DNA from: Malacoraja senta
Lineage: Eukaryota
NCBI GenBank assembly: GCA_038087875.1
Contig: CM075990.1
Location: forward strand, 9,178,001-9,242,000
Length of the DNA: 64,000 bases
Direction of reading: 5' to 3'
A model generated the notes under the pieces. That model was not told the DNA's origin. It searched no databases and saw nothing but the letters and a program-made list of their open reading frames with translations. Numbering within the stretch: position 1 is the stretch's first letter; each line of letters opens with the position of its first letter. This document shows positions 26,241-40,070 of the stretch, in pieces. The translations under genes were made by a program, and so were the position numbers.

Positions 26241-27869
26241 GCTCCTATGTTGCATGAACTATACCCTGCAATGTCCATGTCTCTTCAGTCTCTTGTTTTC
26301 AAATGGTCTAAAAAGATGAATGGAAAATGCAAGTTCTACTGACACCAATTCAGTTAAAGGGTGAAAAAAGACACAAGGAATAATTGACGTCATAATAAAA
26401 CAATATAAATATATTTAAAATATGGTCCCCATTTAAATGCACAAATGTAATCATATAATCTTCCAACTAAAATTCATAAAATTAAAATTATAGTTGGAAA
26501 TTTGGTGTATAAAAACAGAAAATGCTGGGAATATTGAGCAGGCCAGTCAGCATATGAGAAAAATGAAACAGGGCTAATGCTTCAAGTTGGAAAGCCTTCA
26601 TCAAAGATTCATTATTCATAATTGAAGCGAGTTTCTTTCAGATAGTTACATCAAACCCAACCAGTAACTTCAAAACTGATTTGCTTAACCATTTCTTCAC
26701 TAAACAATGGAGAAGCGTCAAAATACCTGCCAGCCACAGAAACTAACAAATAAATAGAGCCAGCAAATATCTTCACAATGAAATCTTCCATCACAATCCC
26801 AGGTCAGAAAACGCAACACAATTCTACAGGAGAAATAGGTCATTGTAACTCCACAGGAATAAATATATATTGTCAGGATTCAAGTTTGAATGAAGAAAAT
26901 ATTGGAATAAATGGCCTAAAAATTCAAAACCAGCATGCTGGTTTTCAAGGAACTCAAGTTATTGATACATTGCTATTTCCAATATCAATGTTTTCATAAG
27001 CTAAAGAGCCAGAAGGGCACATTTTCTAATGAAACCTGACATTGTTTTAGCAAGGTACCAGACACTAGGAACTAATCTGATGGGATTTACACTTAGCATT
27101 AAGGCAAGTTCAAACAGTATTTCTCACTTCTGCACTACAGTTAGCATGCCATTCACTTTTTATTCTCACCCGTGTCGCTAACAGCTGTGTTTCGGCCTCT
27201 TCATTACAACACGAGAGACCTTGCAAATTAACCCAGACAAGCTATTCTATCCTGGCTAACGACATCAGCTTATTTCCTATGCAATGCTGATTGCCTATCA
27301 GACACATTATTAGAGCAGATACAACATTTGAGCACAATAACATTGCCCTCCAACACCTTCATTTCAATCTGTCAGTCAGTTCTTGATCAATTGGAGCAAA
27401 ATCTCTCATTTAATTCAGATCAAAACACGATATGAAATCTGGATCTTTGATGCCACAATTAGACAGCACTTGGATTGTCGACTGACAAATGCATTTATTT
27501 TTCTTTCAGCTTGTGTACCTATTTTCCCACATGAAGGTGATACAAAAGAGTGAAACCAATCTGCTCAACTAATGCATCCATGGAAACAGCCAATTTACCA
27601 CTCCATCAAAATATCCAACTGCTTTATTAACAGAACATCTGTGATATTGTGACCAATATCCTACCAATTACCTTTAATGCACCAAAGCACGCGTTGAAAT
27701 CAGTCCAAAATTTGTCTGGATGTCTGCTGAGGTCAGTCATCTGAATGTCTGAAGTCGATGAATATAGGTCAAAATCACCACCCCTCCACCCCATACACCT
27801 CAAGAAACATGAGAAACAAAAATCTGGATAATGCTGGTGGTCCTAGAGGGTACAACCAGTTTTCAGTAT

Positions 27870-28150
27870 AACTGAAATCCTGTTTACCCTCTTGGGTGGA
27901 CGCATGTGATCCTGTTGTACTATTTCAAAGTAGCATGACCCTCGTATCCAGACCACTGGTAGCCCCGAAGACAATGTCACCAAAATAGATTATCTGTTTA
28001 TTACCTTATTGCTGTTTGTAGGTCCTTGCAAATTGGCCAATGGATTTTGTTACATCATAATAGTGATTTTCCTTTCAATACTTAATCAGTTGCATCAAAC
28101 ATCATAATACCAGAGGATATCAAAGACATTGTGGCAATTCAAATCTTTAT
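27870..28150 (+). mobile_element. Degenerate DeuSINE (SacSINE1/AmnSINE-like)
   Basis: ggtggacg..gatcc..tactatttcaaag ... agattatctg..tattgctgtttgt ... gcaaattggc resembles the Deu-domain and tail as recalled. Confidence 0.5.
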
Positions 28151-28221
28151 TTTATTTCATTAATTTGTATCTACATCCTCTTGCAACCATGAATTAACTT
28201 GAAACAATGTTCTGGATTAAA

Positions 28222-28446
28222 CGTGTGGGAAGGAACTGCAGATGCTGGTTTAAACCGTAGACACAAAAAGCTGGATGGAGTAACTCAGCGGGTCAGACAG
28301 CGTCTTTGGAGAAAAGGAATAGGTGACATTTCAGGTCGAGACCTTGCTTCAGTCTGAAGAAGGGTCTTGACCCGAAACATCACCAATTCTTTTCTCCAGA
28401 AATGCTGTCTGACCCACTGAGTTACACCAGCTTTTTGTGTCTATCT
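28222..28446. repeat. Penelope-derived fold-back repeat
   Basis: Inverted arms; CTGAAGA-agggtcttgaccc-GAAAC at 28354-28378; tggattaa on both flanks. Confidence 0.8.
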
Positions 28447-29132
28447 TTTGGATTAAGCTATTATTTCTGGTTTGGGTGTTGTAAAATGCAGAGGGTTAAC
28501 TTTCATTTGTCTTCTTCTGAGACTGAACCCAAGTTTGTTAACTCCCATTTATATGTCAGTCCTCTGGCATTGAAGAAGGCCATTTAATCTTTCCCTTGTG
28601 GCTCATTAATCAGAAATGAATACAATATTACAAGTGCAGCATCACCTCAACTGGACAATTTCAGGCTTCTGATTTGCTGCTACATTTGGTTTTCTATGTT
28701 AATTATTGCTCTGCCACCACGGGCAATAGTCCACCATCAGTCACAGATCTTTGATTGCACCTCTGAGAAATACTCGGCGTCTGCATTGAATACATTTCCT
28801 TGATATGACTCTAGGCTGTAGTGATGCCGAATTCTTACTTCAGAATCCGCCGCAGGACATAATGTGTGGTCTGTACCAAATGTAAAACAACTCTGGCGCA
28901 GTGTTAACCTGCTAGCTGAGGGTGGAATCTATTTGCACAGGATCACTTTATAAGGTGCACGGTAGTAATTGTTGGTTTTTAAATGTTTACACTGTTTTGA
29001 TACTCCAACTATATTGAAAGTATTCGCAATAAACCTAGCCAAACATATGCCTACAAAATATATTGGGAAATCAGAACAGAAATTATGGAAATCCCTCAGT
29101 AGTTCAGAATAGAACAAGAAAATATGAGGGGA

Positions 29133-31103
29133 AAAAAGTGCTGGAAGAACTCTGCAGGTCAGCTTACATCTGTGGAAGGAATGGACTGATGTTTTGGGTC
29201 AGGACCCTACTTCAGACAGATGGAGTAGGGGGAGAAAACTAAAAGAGAGGTGAGGGTGGGCAAAGCCTGGCAAATTAGGTGATGGCGAGTCAGAAGATGG
29301 TGAAAGGTAGTTACAAAGGCTAGAGGTAAAAAGGAGACAAAAGGGTGACAGATAAGTAAAGAAGAGGAGTGAAATGTAAAACTGCTCCCTAGATGAGCTT
29401 TCCATTCCAAGAGATCCAAGGTGCCCTCCTTTTCAGCAAACAATGTTTCCACCTGCTGCTGTAGAGGCAGCCTTCAGCCGTGCCTCCTGTTTCCTGCAGT
29501 TAGCCAGAGGAACAAGGATGGAATTCCCCTGCTCCTCATCTTTCACCGCACCAGCCTCCGCCTCCAACTCTTCATTCTCTGACACCTTCAATGTGATCCC
29601 ACGATCGGTCACACCTTCCCGTTTCTCCTTTCTGTAGAGGCTACTCAGTCTGCAACCCCTCGGTTCACTCATCCCTTCCCACGCAACCTGCCCAGGCACT
29701 GGGCTCTTTAACCACAGGAGATGCAACACTTGTCCCTGCAACCCCTCTCTCACTTCCATCCAGAGACCTCAGCAACCCTTTTAGGTGAGACAGAAGTTGA
29801 CCTGCAATTCTTCCACCTTGTCTATTGCATATGGTGCTCCCAATGTAGCCTCCTCTACATTGGCGAGACCAAGTGTTGACAAGGCGACTATTAAGGGCCT
29901 GTCCCAGGGGCATGCGGCTCCATGCGGCAAGCGCGACCTAACCGCAAGCGGGGGCCGCGCGGAGGTTGAGTGATTCCCGTACAGGGCCGGTCCCACCAGC
30001 ATGCGGCTGCATGCGGCAAGCGCTACCAAATCGGAAGCGGGGGCCGCGCGGAGGTCGAGTGACGTCAAGACAGTGCGTACGGCGGCGAGGCGGTGCGCAC
30101 GGCCTCGATGTGGCTGTGTCCGGCGTCGAGGCGGTGCGCACGGCCGTCGATTCGGCGCGCACGGCCTCGATGCGGCTGCGGGGCGGCAGCCGCTGCCGCA
30201 CGGAATTTTTGAACAGTGTCAGTTTTTCGGAGTGACCAGCTCCACACAACTCCATACAGCTCCGCATGTCGAAGTGGGATATGCCATACAGCTCGGATGT
30301 CGGGACCAGCTCCGCACAACTCCATACAGCTCCGGCGATCGAAGTGGGACCGGCCCCGCGACCTCCGCGCGGTCCCCGCACGGCCCTCGCTTGCGGTTAG
30401 GTCGCGCTTGCCGCATGGAGTCGCATGCCCGTGGGACAGGCCCTTTACTGTCTGCAGAGGCAGTTGCGAACCATTCTCCCCTTCCCATCCCAATATTGAC
30501 CGCTTGTCCTTGGCCTCCTCCTCTGCCAGGGTGAAGCCATATGCAAACTGGAGGAACAGCATCTCATCTTCCTAAAATCCAACTGCATGAACATTGAATT
30601 CTCCAATTCCAAATAATATTCCACTACAACCAAATCATACTCCCCACAAATAGGTGCACAAATATTTCTCCCGCCACCCTGTTCAGGCTTCTCCTTTCCC
30701 CTCCTCCATACAGTCATCTCCCAATCTCCCATCTCCTAGTCTCTCATTTCCATTTTATCTCTGCTCTCCCCCACCCCCATGTTCACATATATCCCTTTCT
30801 CAGGCTTTATGTTTCAATCTTCTTTTCTTATCAGACACTCTTTTGTCTCCTTTCCACCCATGGTCTTTGTCACTATCTCCGGTACCACCACCCATCTGCC
30901 AGTACCTCCATCCACCTATCACTTGCCAAGATGTCCCCTACCTCACCTCCCTTTTCGAACTTTCTCCCCACTGCTCCATCAGTCTGATGAAAGATCCTGA
31001 CCCAAAATGTCGCCTAGGCGTTCCCTCCATAGATGTTAACTGATTCACCTAGTTCCTCCAGCACTTTGTTTTTTGTTCAAGATTCCAGCATCTGCAGTCT
31101 CTG
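29133..31103 (+). mobile_element. Decayed Penelope-like retroelement (GIY-YIG remnant) with inverted terminal arms
   Basis: VRQKLTCNSS/LVYCIWCSQCSLLYIGETK at about 29785-29873, resuming after the MITE as GLLLCQGEAICKLEEQHLIF...MNIEFSNSK*. 29133-29383 is a diverged inverted copy of about 30800-31073. CTGATGA at about 30984. Confidence 0.85.
29894..30444. mobile_element. GC-rich PIF/Harbinger MITE nested in the Penelope element (TSD TTA)
   Basis: TTA|AGGGCCTGTCCCA ... TGGGACAGGCCCT|TTA, about 65-bp TIR, internal short repeats. Confidence 0.9.
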
Positions 31104-34100
31104 TCATCAACAACCAAATGTGGTGCTGATATAAACTCAATGCAGTGTGAGGGCTCCATTTAAAAACAGACACTGTCAACTTGAACCAGCATTCCTAACT
31201 ATATCTTTCAGCACTTGGGTTAAAGTTATAATTAAAAGCTCTGATGAAATATATTGCATTGCTATCACTTCCACTTCACATTACCTCATATCTGCGATGC
31301 ATGTCCCCAGAGCTACTGCAAATGTCTTAAAAATCGCATTAGCCTTATTTTCTCATTTTTATAACTAATTATACAGCAATTTCAGCTTCACATTACCAGA
31401 ATGTAAAACACAAAATTGTTACTGGTTATTAAAGTGAAATATTAGGAGTTTTACATGTGGCTTCCAGTGATGCACTGAACCACAATCAAATTTCTTCTTC
31501 CTAAATGACCCAAGTAATTTAAAAAATAACGACGATATTCCTCTTTGTTCCCAGTACAACAGCAAGATGTCTCCAAGATGACTCTTCCTTCAAGTTTACA
31601 AATGAACCGACTCTATCTAATCGCAACACTCTCTTATCAGTTTTACTTGCCCAAATTACATTTTTATTTTTGGTTGCAAGTCACATAAGGTGCAAAGAAG
31701 GATGAATGCATCTGCAATAGATTTGCATGACTCTTACCAACCATAAAAAAGGAATTACAAGTTAACGGTTTCTGTGAAAATAAAACAGGACCAGAGATCA
31801 ATTGTTTTAAATCAATAGGATCTAGCCATATAATGCTGAAGTCCATGTAAATCAAGATGATGATTTAAGTATTAAACAACAAAAAACAATCAAAGAGAAG
31901 GAAAAAGAATTAAACGTGTTTTTCTGATTTAGAAACATTAAGCTAAATATGTTTGCATTTTGATTTCTTCCTCAAAACACTTGGAAGATTTAATTATTTT
32001 GCATTAGAAATCAAGGCTCATTCCATTTAAGTTTTATTAAATGATCCTTGCCTGACATCAGTTCCTGATGTTGCTGTTGTGATTGGTTTCAGGACATTGT
32101 TGTGAGATTGAAGCTGCTGCCAATAGTAATGTTGTTTTCAATCAGTAGGACTTCCAATCGTAGTGGCATTTCTTTTAGGTTTACTGAAATACTAAAACTG
32201 CATTGTTCTACACCAATCTTCCTTCCACCAAGGTCAAAGCAGCCAAGCAACAAATATGAACCTATTACTATCTGAGTTTATGTTATTGGACCCAGTAGGA
32301 GACCAGAACATGTTTCATTGGGAAGATTTTTCCATTATAAACTGGAAAGCTGGACTGCACATAATACATTTCCAACAAATGCTCGTTTTGCTTATTTTAC
32401 TGCGAAAAGAGATTATTATTTCACCAGATTCTGAGGAGAAAATATAATGGTTTGTATTGACATATAGCTTGTTTCCTTTCCCTAAATGCCATTTTATCAG
32501 GTACATAAACAACTGGGGGAGAGCGGACATCGATATTCAATGACCCATTCATTAGCTGCATAATCCATTCATACAGTTATGAGACGCCAGTTTTAGACAG
32601 TGCTGGGACTTGGAAACACATCAGTGGGAATATGGCTGATTCTTTGTGGCTTTTCAGAATAACTGTCTAAAGGGTTTGGATGGACATTGAGGGCAAGGAC
32701 TGGAGAAGGTTCCCAGTAGAAGAAGAATGGTAATTCCATGGGATCACATTCGATTTAGATTCTGACTTGATCAGCCTCTGCTGGCAAGTGATAACTCAAA
32801 TATTGAGAGCAGCAGCAGGACTTGTTTTAATTGTCCTGCAAACTGAGATTGTCTTGCCTGTTCAATATCATTCCAAAACTCAATATACAACAAATGCTGG
32901 TCAATGAAATGGGTGAGATGACTAACGTGCTCTATTCGTTTTCCTGATTCCAAATTACTTATGGTATAGTAGTTGTGACTTTGTTATCAGTTGCGTTAAG
33001 ATTCCAGATGATATAAATATTGGGTTTGCTATAATGTAAGCACGATGCACATGTTTCACAGTGTTTTTCAGAAAATTGTTCTCTTCCTTGCTCAGTCCTA
33101 TTTTCACCAAACCAGGAGTACATCTGGCAAGGGGCACTAAATGGGAAAGTGCAATGCCCACTGTTTGGAATGTGAAAGTGTTAATCGTAACAATGTGACA
33201 CTCAATCTCATATTTCAGCAAGGGTTCACTGCCAGTACATTATGGCCTTTATCTATTAACAAGCAATGTCATTTACATACAACTGATCTCTAAATGAGCT
33301 TTGCTGTCAAATACATAGTCAAGAAAACGGGCAATTATTCACTGCCATTTTAGCTATTATTTAATGGAAATCCACACCTCCATTACAGATTTTTGAAATA
33401 TTCATGCAACGTTATTAGTTTTTTATATTGCAGACCTTCAGAATAACTTAGTTTACTAAAACTTAGTTTAAGAACTGAGTTGTGCTGCATTCAGTAGAAA
33501 TCTTATGGCCTTGCTTGCAATATCTCTACCACTTGAGGCTAATAATTTTATGTGTATCAATATTTTCCCAAGTATTCAGATTACAGAAAAGGTCCCAAGT
33601 TTTGGCACATTTACACATGAATTCAGCTGCAGAAATCTTTAGCAATTCGGAACAAGATGCCTCCTATCTTCTCTAAGCTGAATCCTAATGTTCTACGCCT
33701 TCCTTATGTCCGTGTAATGCTTCCTACCTTAGACTGGTGTGACATTTTGTCCACACTAGGTTGATCTTACTTAAAATATTTGGTTGTGCATCACTGTATA
33801 AGTTACAGAGAGGAAAGATAAAACTGAGCAACAAATAAGCCACTATTTCAGTGGACAGCTCAAAAAGAAATGTGAAAGCAGGAAGTATAATGAAACATTG
33901 CATTCCTATTTTGAACTATAATAATGAATTAATGATGATGCTTGCCCATATTCTGAGGTTAAAAAGGGACCTAGTGGAGATTACTCAAATGGATAAGCAG
34001 GCTTCACAAGCTTTTTACCAAAAGTACACATCACACCCTGTTAAGATAGTGGGTCAGCGAATTTTTCATCAACTGGAATGAGTGGTTCACAATGGCCTTA

Positions 34101-34119
34101 TCAGCAAAACATCTTGAAA

Positions 34120-34590
34120 CACTGGTGACAAATCATCCTCTGCGATAATCCTCAACACTGGTGCCCCACAAGGATGCGTTCCCAGAGAGTCGTGTACATT
34201 GCCCAGACCGTCATACAAACAGACTTCTCTTCCATTGACTCCATCCACACTTCATGCTGCCTCAGCAAGAACACCAGCATATTTAAGGACCAGTATTACT
34301 CCCAGTCACTCTGTCTTCTCCCCTGTTCCATTAGTCAAGAAGTGCAGAAGTTTGAAAATGCACACCTCCAGATTCAGAGACAGTTTCTTCCCAGCTGTTA
34401 GAGGCAACTGAATCGTCCTCTCACCAGCTAGAATGCAGTTCTGACCTCCCACCTACCTCACTGGAGACCTTTGATCTATCTTTACTCAGACTTTATCAGA
34501 TGTCAATCTTGCACTAAATGTTATACCCTTTATCTGTAGATTACGGATGGCTTGATTGTAAACATGTATAGTTTCTTTCTTTGACTGGAG
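34120..34590 (+). mobile_element. Internally deleted Rex1/Babar-like element
   Basis: aacactggtgccccacaaggatgcgt (NTGAPQGC) fused to the C-terminal and 3'UTR region; a related copy lies at 41845-42290. Confidence 0.6.
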
Positions 34591-34753
34591 TCAACAAATC
34601 TGTTGAAAAAACTCTCTGGGAGTTACTTTGGAAGGAGGCAATCTAGTGTCAATTGTTCACTATTTGGAGTTTTGAAGGCTTTATTTCAGTCCCATGGGGG
34701 ATGCTCTTCCATGCACTTCAAAAAATCAGTTCAAAATCCATTTTGAACTATGC

Positions 34754-35616
34754 TATGAGAATGCAGGGTGACTTGGACAGGTTGGGTGAGTGGGCAGATG
34801 CATGGCAGTTTAATGTGGATAAATGTGAGGTTAACCACTTTGGTAGCAAAAACAGGAAGGCAGGTTTTCTATCTAAATGGTGTCAAGTTGGGAAAAGGGG
34901 AAGTACAACGGGATCTGCGGGGCGTTGTTCATCAGTCAATGAAAGTAAGCATGCAGGTAGAGCAGGCAGTGAAGAAAGCGAATGGCATGTTGGTCTTTAT
35001 AACAAGAGGAGTTGAGTATAGAAGCAAAGAGGTCCTTCTGCAGTTGTATAGGGCCCTAGTGAGACCACACCTGGAGTATTGTGTGCAGTTTTGGTCCCCT
35101 AATTTGAGGAAGGACATTCTTGCTATTGAGGGAGTGCAGCCTAGGTTTACAAGGTTAATTCCCCGGATGGCGGGACTGTCATATGCTGAGAGAATGGAGC
35201 GGCTGGGCTTGTATATTCTGGAGTTTAGAAGGATGAGAGGGATTCTTATTGAAATATGTAAGATTATTAAGGGTTTGGACACGCTAGAGGCAGGATACAT
35301 GTTCCTGATGTTGGGGGTTTGCAGAACCAGGGGCCACAGTTTAAGAATAAGGGGTAAGCTATTTAGAACGGAGACGAGGAAACACTTTTTCTCACAGAGA
35401 GCTGTGGAATTCTCTGCCTCGGAGGGCAGTGGGGGCCGGTTCTCTGGATACTTTCAAGAGAGAGAGCTAGATAGGGCTCTTAAAGATAGCAGAGTCAGGG
35501 GATATGGGGAGAAGGCAGGAACGGAGAACTGATTGGGGATGATCAGCCATGATCACATTGAATGGCTGACTCGAAGGGCCGAATGGCCTACTCCTGCACC
35601 TATTGTTTATTGTCGA
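34754..35616 (+). mobile_element. 5'-truncated CR1 LINE (ORF2 C-terminus with frameshifts)
   Basis: LYRALVRPHLEYCVQFWSP and RTRGHSLRI motifs; CR1 3'UTR. Confidence 0.9.
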
Positions 35617-37310
35617 TTGCTTATTTAAATAAATACAACAGCTTTGCCTACACTTGAATAAAATCTAATGCAAATATTACACCCAAACACGTTGCTAGGC
35701 ACAGAAAACAAACTACACTCTTATTATTCTGTACTTAAAATATGTCAGATATAACAAAACCCAGTCTGGAAAAAGTGATTAAACAAAGTCCCCAAGTAAA
35801 TAGTAACCTATTCAAATGGACCATGAAGTGGGTAATAGAAGCAGACAGTTCTCACTGATTCCAATTGTTATTCTAGTGGGATAATGGGTAATTTATTAGG
35901 AAAGTGCCAATCTAATGAAAATCATGTAACTTACAAAATAACCTTGCTTACAATTCCTCAGATGATCGGCATCTTTGAAGAAATAACATAATTTTTTCTT
36001 GTTAGATAAATGTTAGAAAAAGTGGAAATGGGGAAAAAAGCTGTTGCCTCTGAATGGATTGTTAGGTCATTAAGTCATTAGTCCAAGACTGTCATAGAAA
36101 GGAAGGAAAAGACAAGGAATGTTTTTTCTACAGCAATGAGTTACTGAAACACAGAATGCATTAGTGATTGAGGCAGAAACTCTTAAGGCTATGAATAATT
36201 ACTGGCAGCAAAGTAAAAAGAAATAAAGCAAAAGATCCATTTTAGGTTGCTCTTATCCAGAGGTGGCACAGAGGTGATTAGCTGAACGAATTTAAAATTG
36301 TAGTCTTCTTTAATTGCATTATAAATGTTTAAACTTGATGTATGAAATAGAATGAGGACTTGCCGATTCAGCCTTTCGCGTCAGTTCTGCCATTCGATAT
36401 CATAGTGGATATCTTACATAAAGACACTTCTCTGCTAATTACTTATCTCTTGATACTCCTGATATCGAATATTATAGTGATCACTCTTTGTAACTCCTCT
36501 GGATCCTCTACACAGCCATTATCGCCACATTTTTGTGCTATCAGCAAGAAGTCCACTCTCCATGAATTCACTCTCCATACGATAATTTTTTAATTTAATT
36601 TGCCAGTCTCTTTATATATAAATACTAGACTAAGTGGGACCCGTTGGGTCCCAGCATCACACGGGAGGGCTGGTCCCCCAACGCAATATTTCACCTCTCC
36701 ACCAATTCCAATATTGGTGGCCAGTGGGGGGGGGGGCTTTCTGGAGCGCTAGTATGGGTGTTATGGGCTGAAAGGACTGGTTTCCAGAGAGCTAGTATGG
36801 ACATTGTGGGCCAAATGGATTCTTGGGCTAGCGGCTCAGTTACTCAAGCCTTTTGTGCTGGCAGCCCACTCACTCACGGCTGGTGGGCTGGCAGTTGACT
36901 CACGGCTATACCTTGAAATTCCATTTCAAGCAGGGTGCAAGGCCACCAAATTCAAGTGCTGTTTCTTACCACTTCAAGCAGGGTGCAAGGCCACTAAAGA
37001 CAGCGAGTCGTGACCTCTCCCTCCTCCATCTTGCAGAGACTGAGCCATGCCCACACTTCTGGGTTTTATAGTCCCTCCCCCTCCCACCAGAAGGGGTGTG
37101 GCCTTCATGGCGTGATTGACTGGAGAGAGAATCTCAACATTTTTTAAACACTAATAACTTTTATTTTTCATCGATGGGAAAAATCCTTCGCACCTGATGA
37201 GCGGAGGGGTCTCTGAGTAAGATGGCCAAAAATCACAGCCATACATGGCAGCGTTTTTTTTAAATCAATATAAAGCGCAAACATGAAGTGGTCAAGATTA
37301 GATTTTTAAT

Positions 37311-38181
37311 TATAACCATATAACCATATAACCATAACAGCACGGAAACAGGCCATCTCGGCCCTTCAAGTCCGTGCCGAACATTTTTTTTTAATTTAAT
37401 TTTTAAATTTTTTTTAAAATTTTTTATTTTTATTTTTTAAATTAAAAATAAATACTTCCCCCTAGTCCCATCTACCTGCACTCAGACCATAACCCTCCAT
37501 TCCTTTCCCATCCATATACCCATCCAATCTATTTTTAAAGGATAACATCGACCCTGCCTCCACCACTTCCACTGGAAGCTCATTCCACACAGCTACCACT
37601 CTCTGAGTAAAGAAGTTCCCCCTAATGTTCCCCCTAAACTTCTGTCCCTTAATTCTCAAGTCATGTCCCCTTGTTTGAATCTTCCCTACTCTCAATGGGA
37701 AAAGCTTATCCACGTCCACTCTGTCTAACCCGCTCATAATTTTAAAGACCTCTATCAAGTCCCCTCTTAACCTTCTGCGCTCCAAAGAATAAAGACCTAA
37801 CTTGTTCAACCTTTCTCTGTAACTTAGTTGCTGAAACCCAGGCAACATTCTAGTAAATCTCCTCTGTACTCTCTCTATTTTGTTGACATCCTTCCTATAA
37901 TTAGGCGACCAAAATTGTACTCCATACTCCAGAATTGGCCTCACCAATGCCTTGTACAATTTTAACATTACATCCCAACTTCTATATTCAATGCTCTGAT
38001 TTATAAAGGCCAGCACACCAAAAGCTTTCTTTACCACCCTATCTACATGAGATTCCACCTTCAGGGAACTATGCACAGTTATTCCTAGATCCCTCTGTTC
38101 AACTGCATTCCTCAATTCGTTACCATTTACCGTGTACGTCCTATTTTGATTTGTCCTGCCGAGATGTAGCACCTCACATTT
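37311..38181 (-). mobile_element. Young CR1 LINE, 3' segment with (TGGTTATA)3 tail
   Basis: ORF 37462-38172 is nearly identical to the C-terminal part of ORF 47597-48679. Confidence 0.95.
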
Positions 38182-38183
38182 GT

Positions 38184-39721
38184 CTACTCATTTTCCAACC
38201 GCATCTGTTTTGCAGACTGAGCTCATTTTCTTATGTTGATTCTTGTAGATTGATGGCCTAGGCAGCCACATTGATTGTTGTATGCATGGAAACAAATTAC
38301 TGATTCTTGTAATAAGAAGGAACTGCAGATGCTGGTTTATACCAATGAGTGATGCAAAGTGCTGGAATAATTCAACGGGTCAGGCAGCATCTCTGGAGAA
38401 AATGGATAGGTAATGTTTCGGGTTGGACCCTTCTTCGTCTTGACCCGAAACATCACCTATTCATTGTCTCCAGAGATGGTTCCTGACCCTCTGAGTTACT
38501 CCAGCACTTTGTGCCTTTTTTTGTAACCCACCATCTGTAGTTCCTTGTTTCTAATTGGAAAAGAGAGTCCTTTGTTTTTTAGAATATAATGGTGTTAACC
38601 TAGTTTTTCAAGTTGGCTAACGTTGATTGTCAGGGCATCAAAGAGACCATGGAAAGTTGCTGTGCTAAATCTTGTAGATGATTAATTTTATTCCCAGTAA
38701 TTTACTGCCAGAGAAAGTGAGTGGTTAAGATGGTGGAGGATGAGATGCCTGTCCAAACCCTTATAAAGCTTTTCAGCTGTGTAAGGATGACAAAGTTATG
38801 GGGAGAAGGCAGGAGTAAAGGGTTGTGAGAAAAAGATAGATCAGTCATGATTTAATGGCGGAGTTGACTTGATAGGCTAAATGACCTAATTCCGCTATTA
38901 CATCTTATGAACGTATTGAAATGTGGGAGCTGCACTCATTTAGTAAAGTAAGCCATTTCATCAGACTTTTGTTGAACATTGTACATGGTAAAAAACATTG
39001 GTAAACCAGGTGGCACCAAAGGAAAACCAGCTTTTGATGTGTAGTCATAGCATTTATATGGTTAATGCAATTAGATGTCTGGTCATTGTTGAGCTTTGGG
39101 ATGTTTAAGGTCAAGAAATTAATGATGTTGGTATCATTAAACATCAAAAATTGTTGATTGAAATCTTACTGGACACTGTCTTAGTGTGCGCCAAGGATAC
39201 CAAGCGATTTTTCATCCCAAGTGATGGTGGTGTTTATGAATTGTTGCTTGTGGGAGCAATTATTACATTAGATGAGGACTGATTACCAAATGTAAGAAAT
39301 GGCTTTTTATCACTAATGACCTTATGACAAATAGAAAAGTCCTGAATCCAACGTGATTATGCTAGGAAATTGTCCTGAGGAACCTACAGAGATGTATTGT
39401 TGCAGACATGATTGATCTCCACCTTCCAGCCAGCGGAGATATTCCCCCATTGGCGTTTATTCACTAGGCTTACTTGACCTTCTTGTTCAAATTCTGCCTT
39501 TCTGTGAAGAAATTTAGCTCATTTGTTTGAGAATATAGGCTGATCACTGAAAGTTTATTGAAGAATACAAACTATTTATTGTGTTGTGCTTTGCAACACA
39601 ATTTTTAGCTTGTTTCTCACTCAAAGTGTAGTTATAATTTAAACATTCAAACATTCAAACACGAGTAAATGAGAATGTCATCAGGCCCATCACAAATCAT
39701 ATTGTTTGTTATAACATCACA
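38184..39721 (-). repeat. 1.5-kb inverted copy of 59320-60841
   Basis: Continuous reverse-complement identity; ORFs 38905-39147(-) and 59886-60128(+) are almost identical. Confidence 0.97.
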
Positions 39722-39927
39722 TTTTGATTTGTCCTGCCGAGATGTAGTACCTCACATTTATCAGCATTAAACTCCATCTGCCATCTTTCAGCCCACTCTT
39801 CCAAATGGCCTAAATCTCTCTGTAGACTTTGAAAATCTACTTCATTATCCACCACACCACCTATCTTAGTATCATCTGCATACTTACTAATCCAATTTTC
39901 CACACCTACATCCAGATCATTGATGTA
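39721..39927 (-). mobile_element. Continuation of the same CR1 (YADD region), overlapping the first segment by 39 bp
   Basis: ORF 39709-39933 YINDLD..ISKYADDTKIGG; 38143-38181 is repeated at 39721-39759. Confidence 0.93.
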
Positions 39928-40060
39928 GAGCATTCATTTTATGTTTTTTTTAAACCACTTTTCTCTTTTTGACTGTAATGTGAAATTATACTTACATTTA
40001 TATGCAGTGAAACTTCCTGAAAATCTCATTATCATTATGTATTTTGCCACCCTATACGAT
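39926..40060 (+). repeat. 135-bp direct copy of 41164-41298
   Basis: tagagcattcattttatg ... gccaccctatacgat present at both positions. Confidence 0.95.
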
Positions 40061-40070
40061 CATATATAGA

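Noticed and set aside
29938..30575. Cluster of long overlapping ORFs (up to 177 aa)
   Set aside because: Artefact of the GC-rich Harbinger MITE; no recognisable protein
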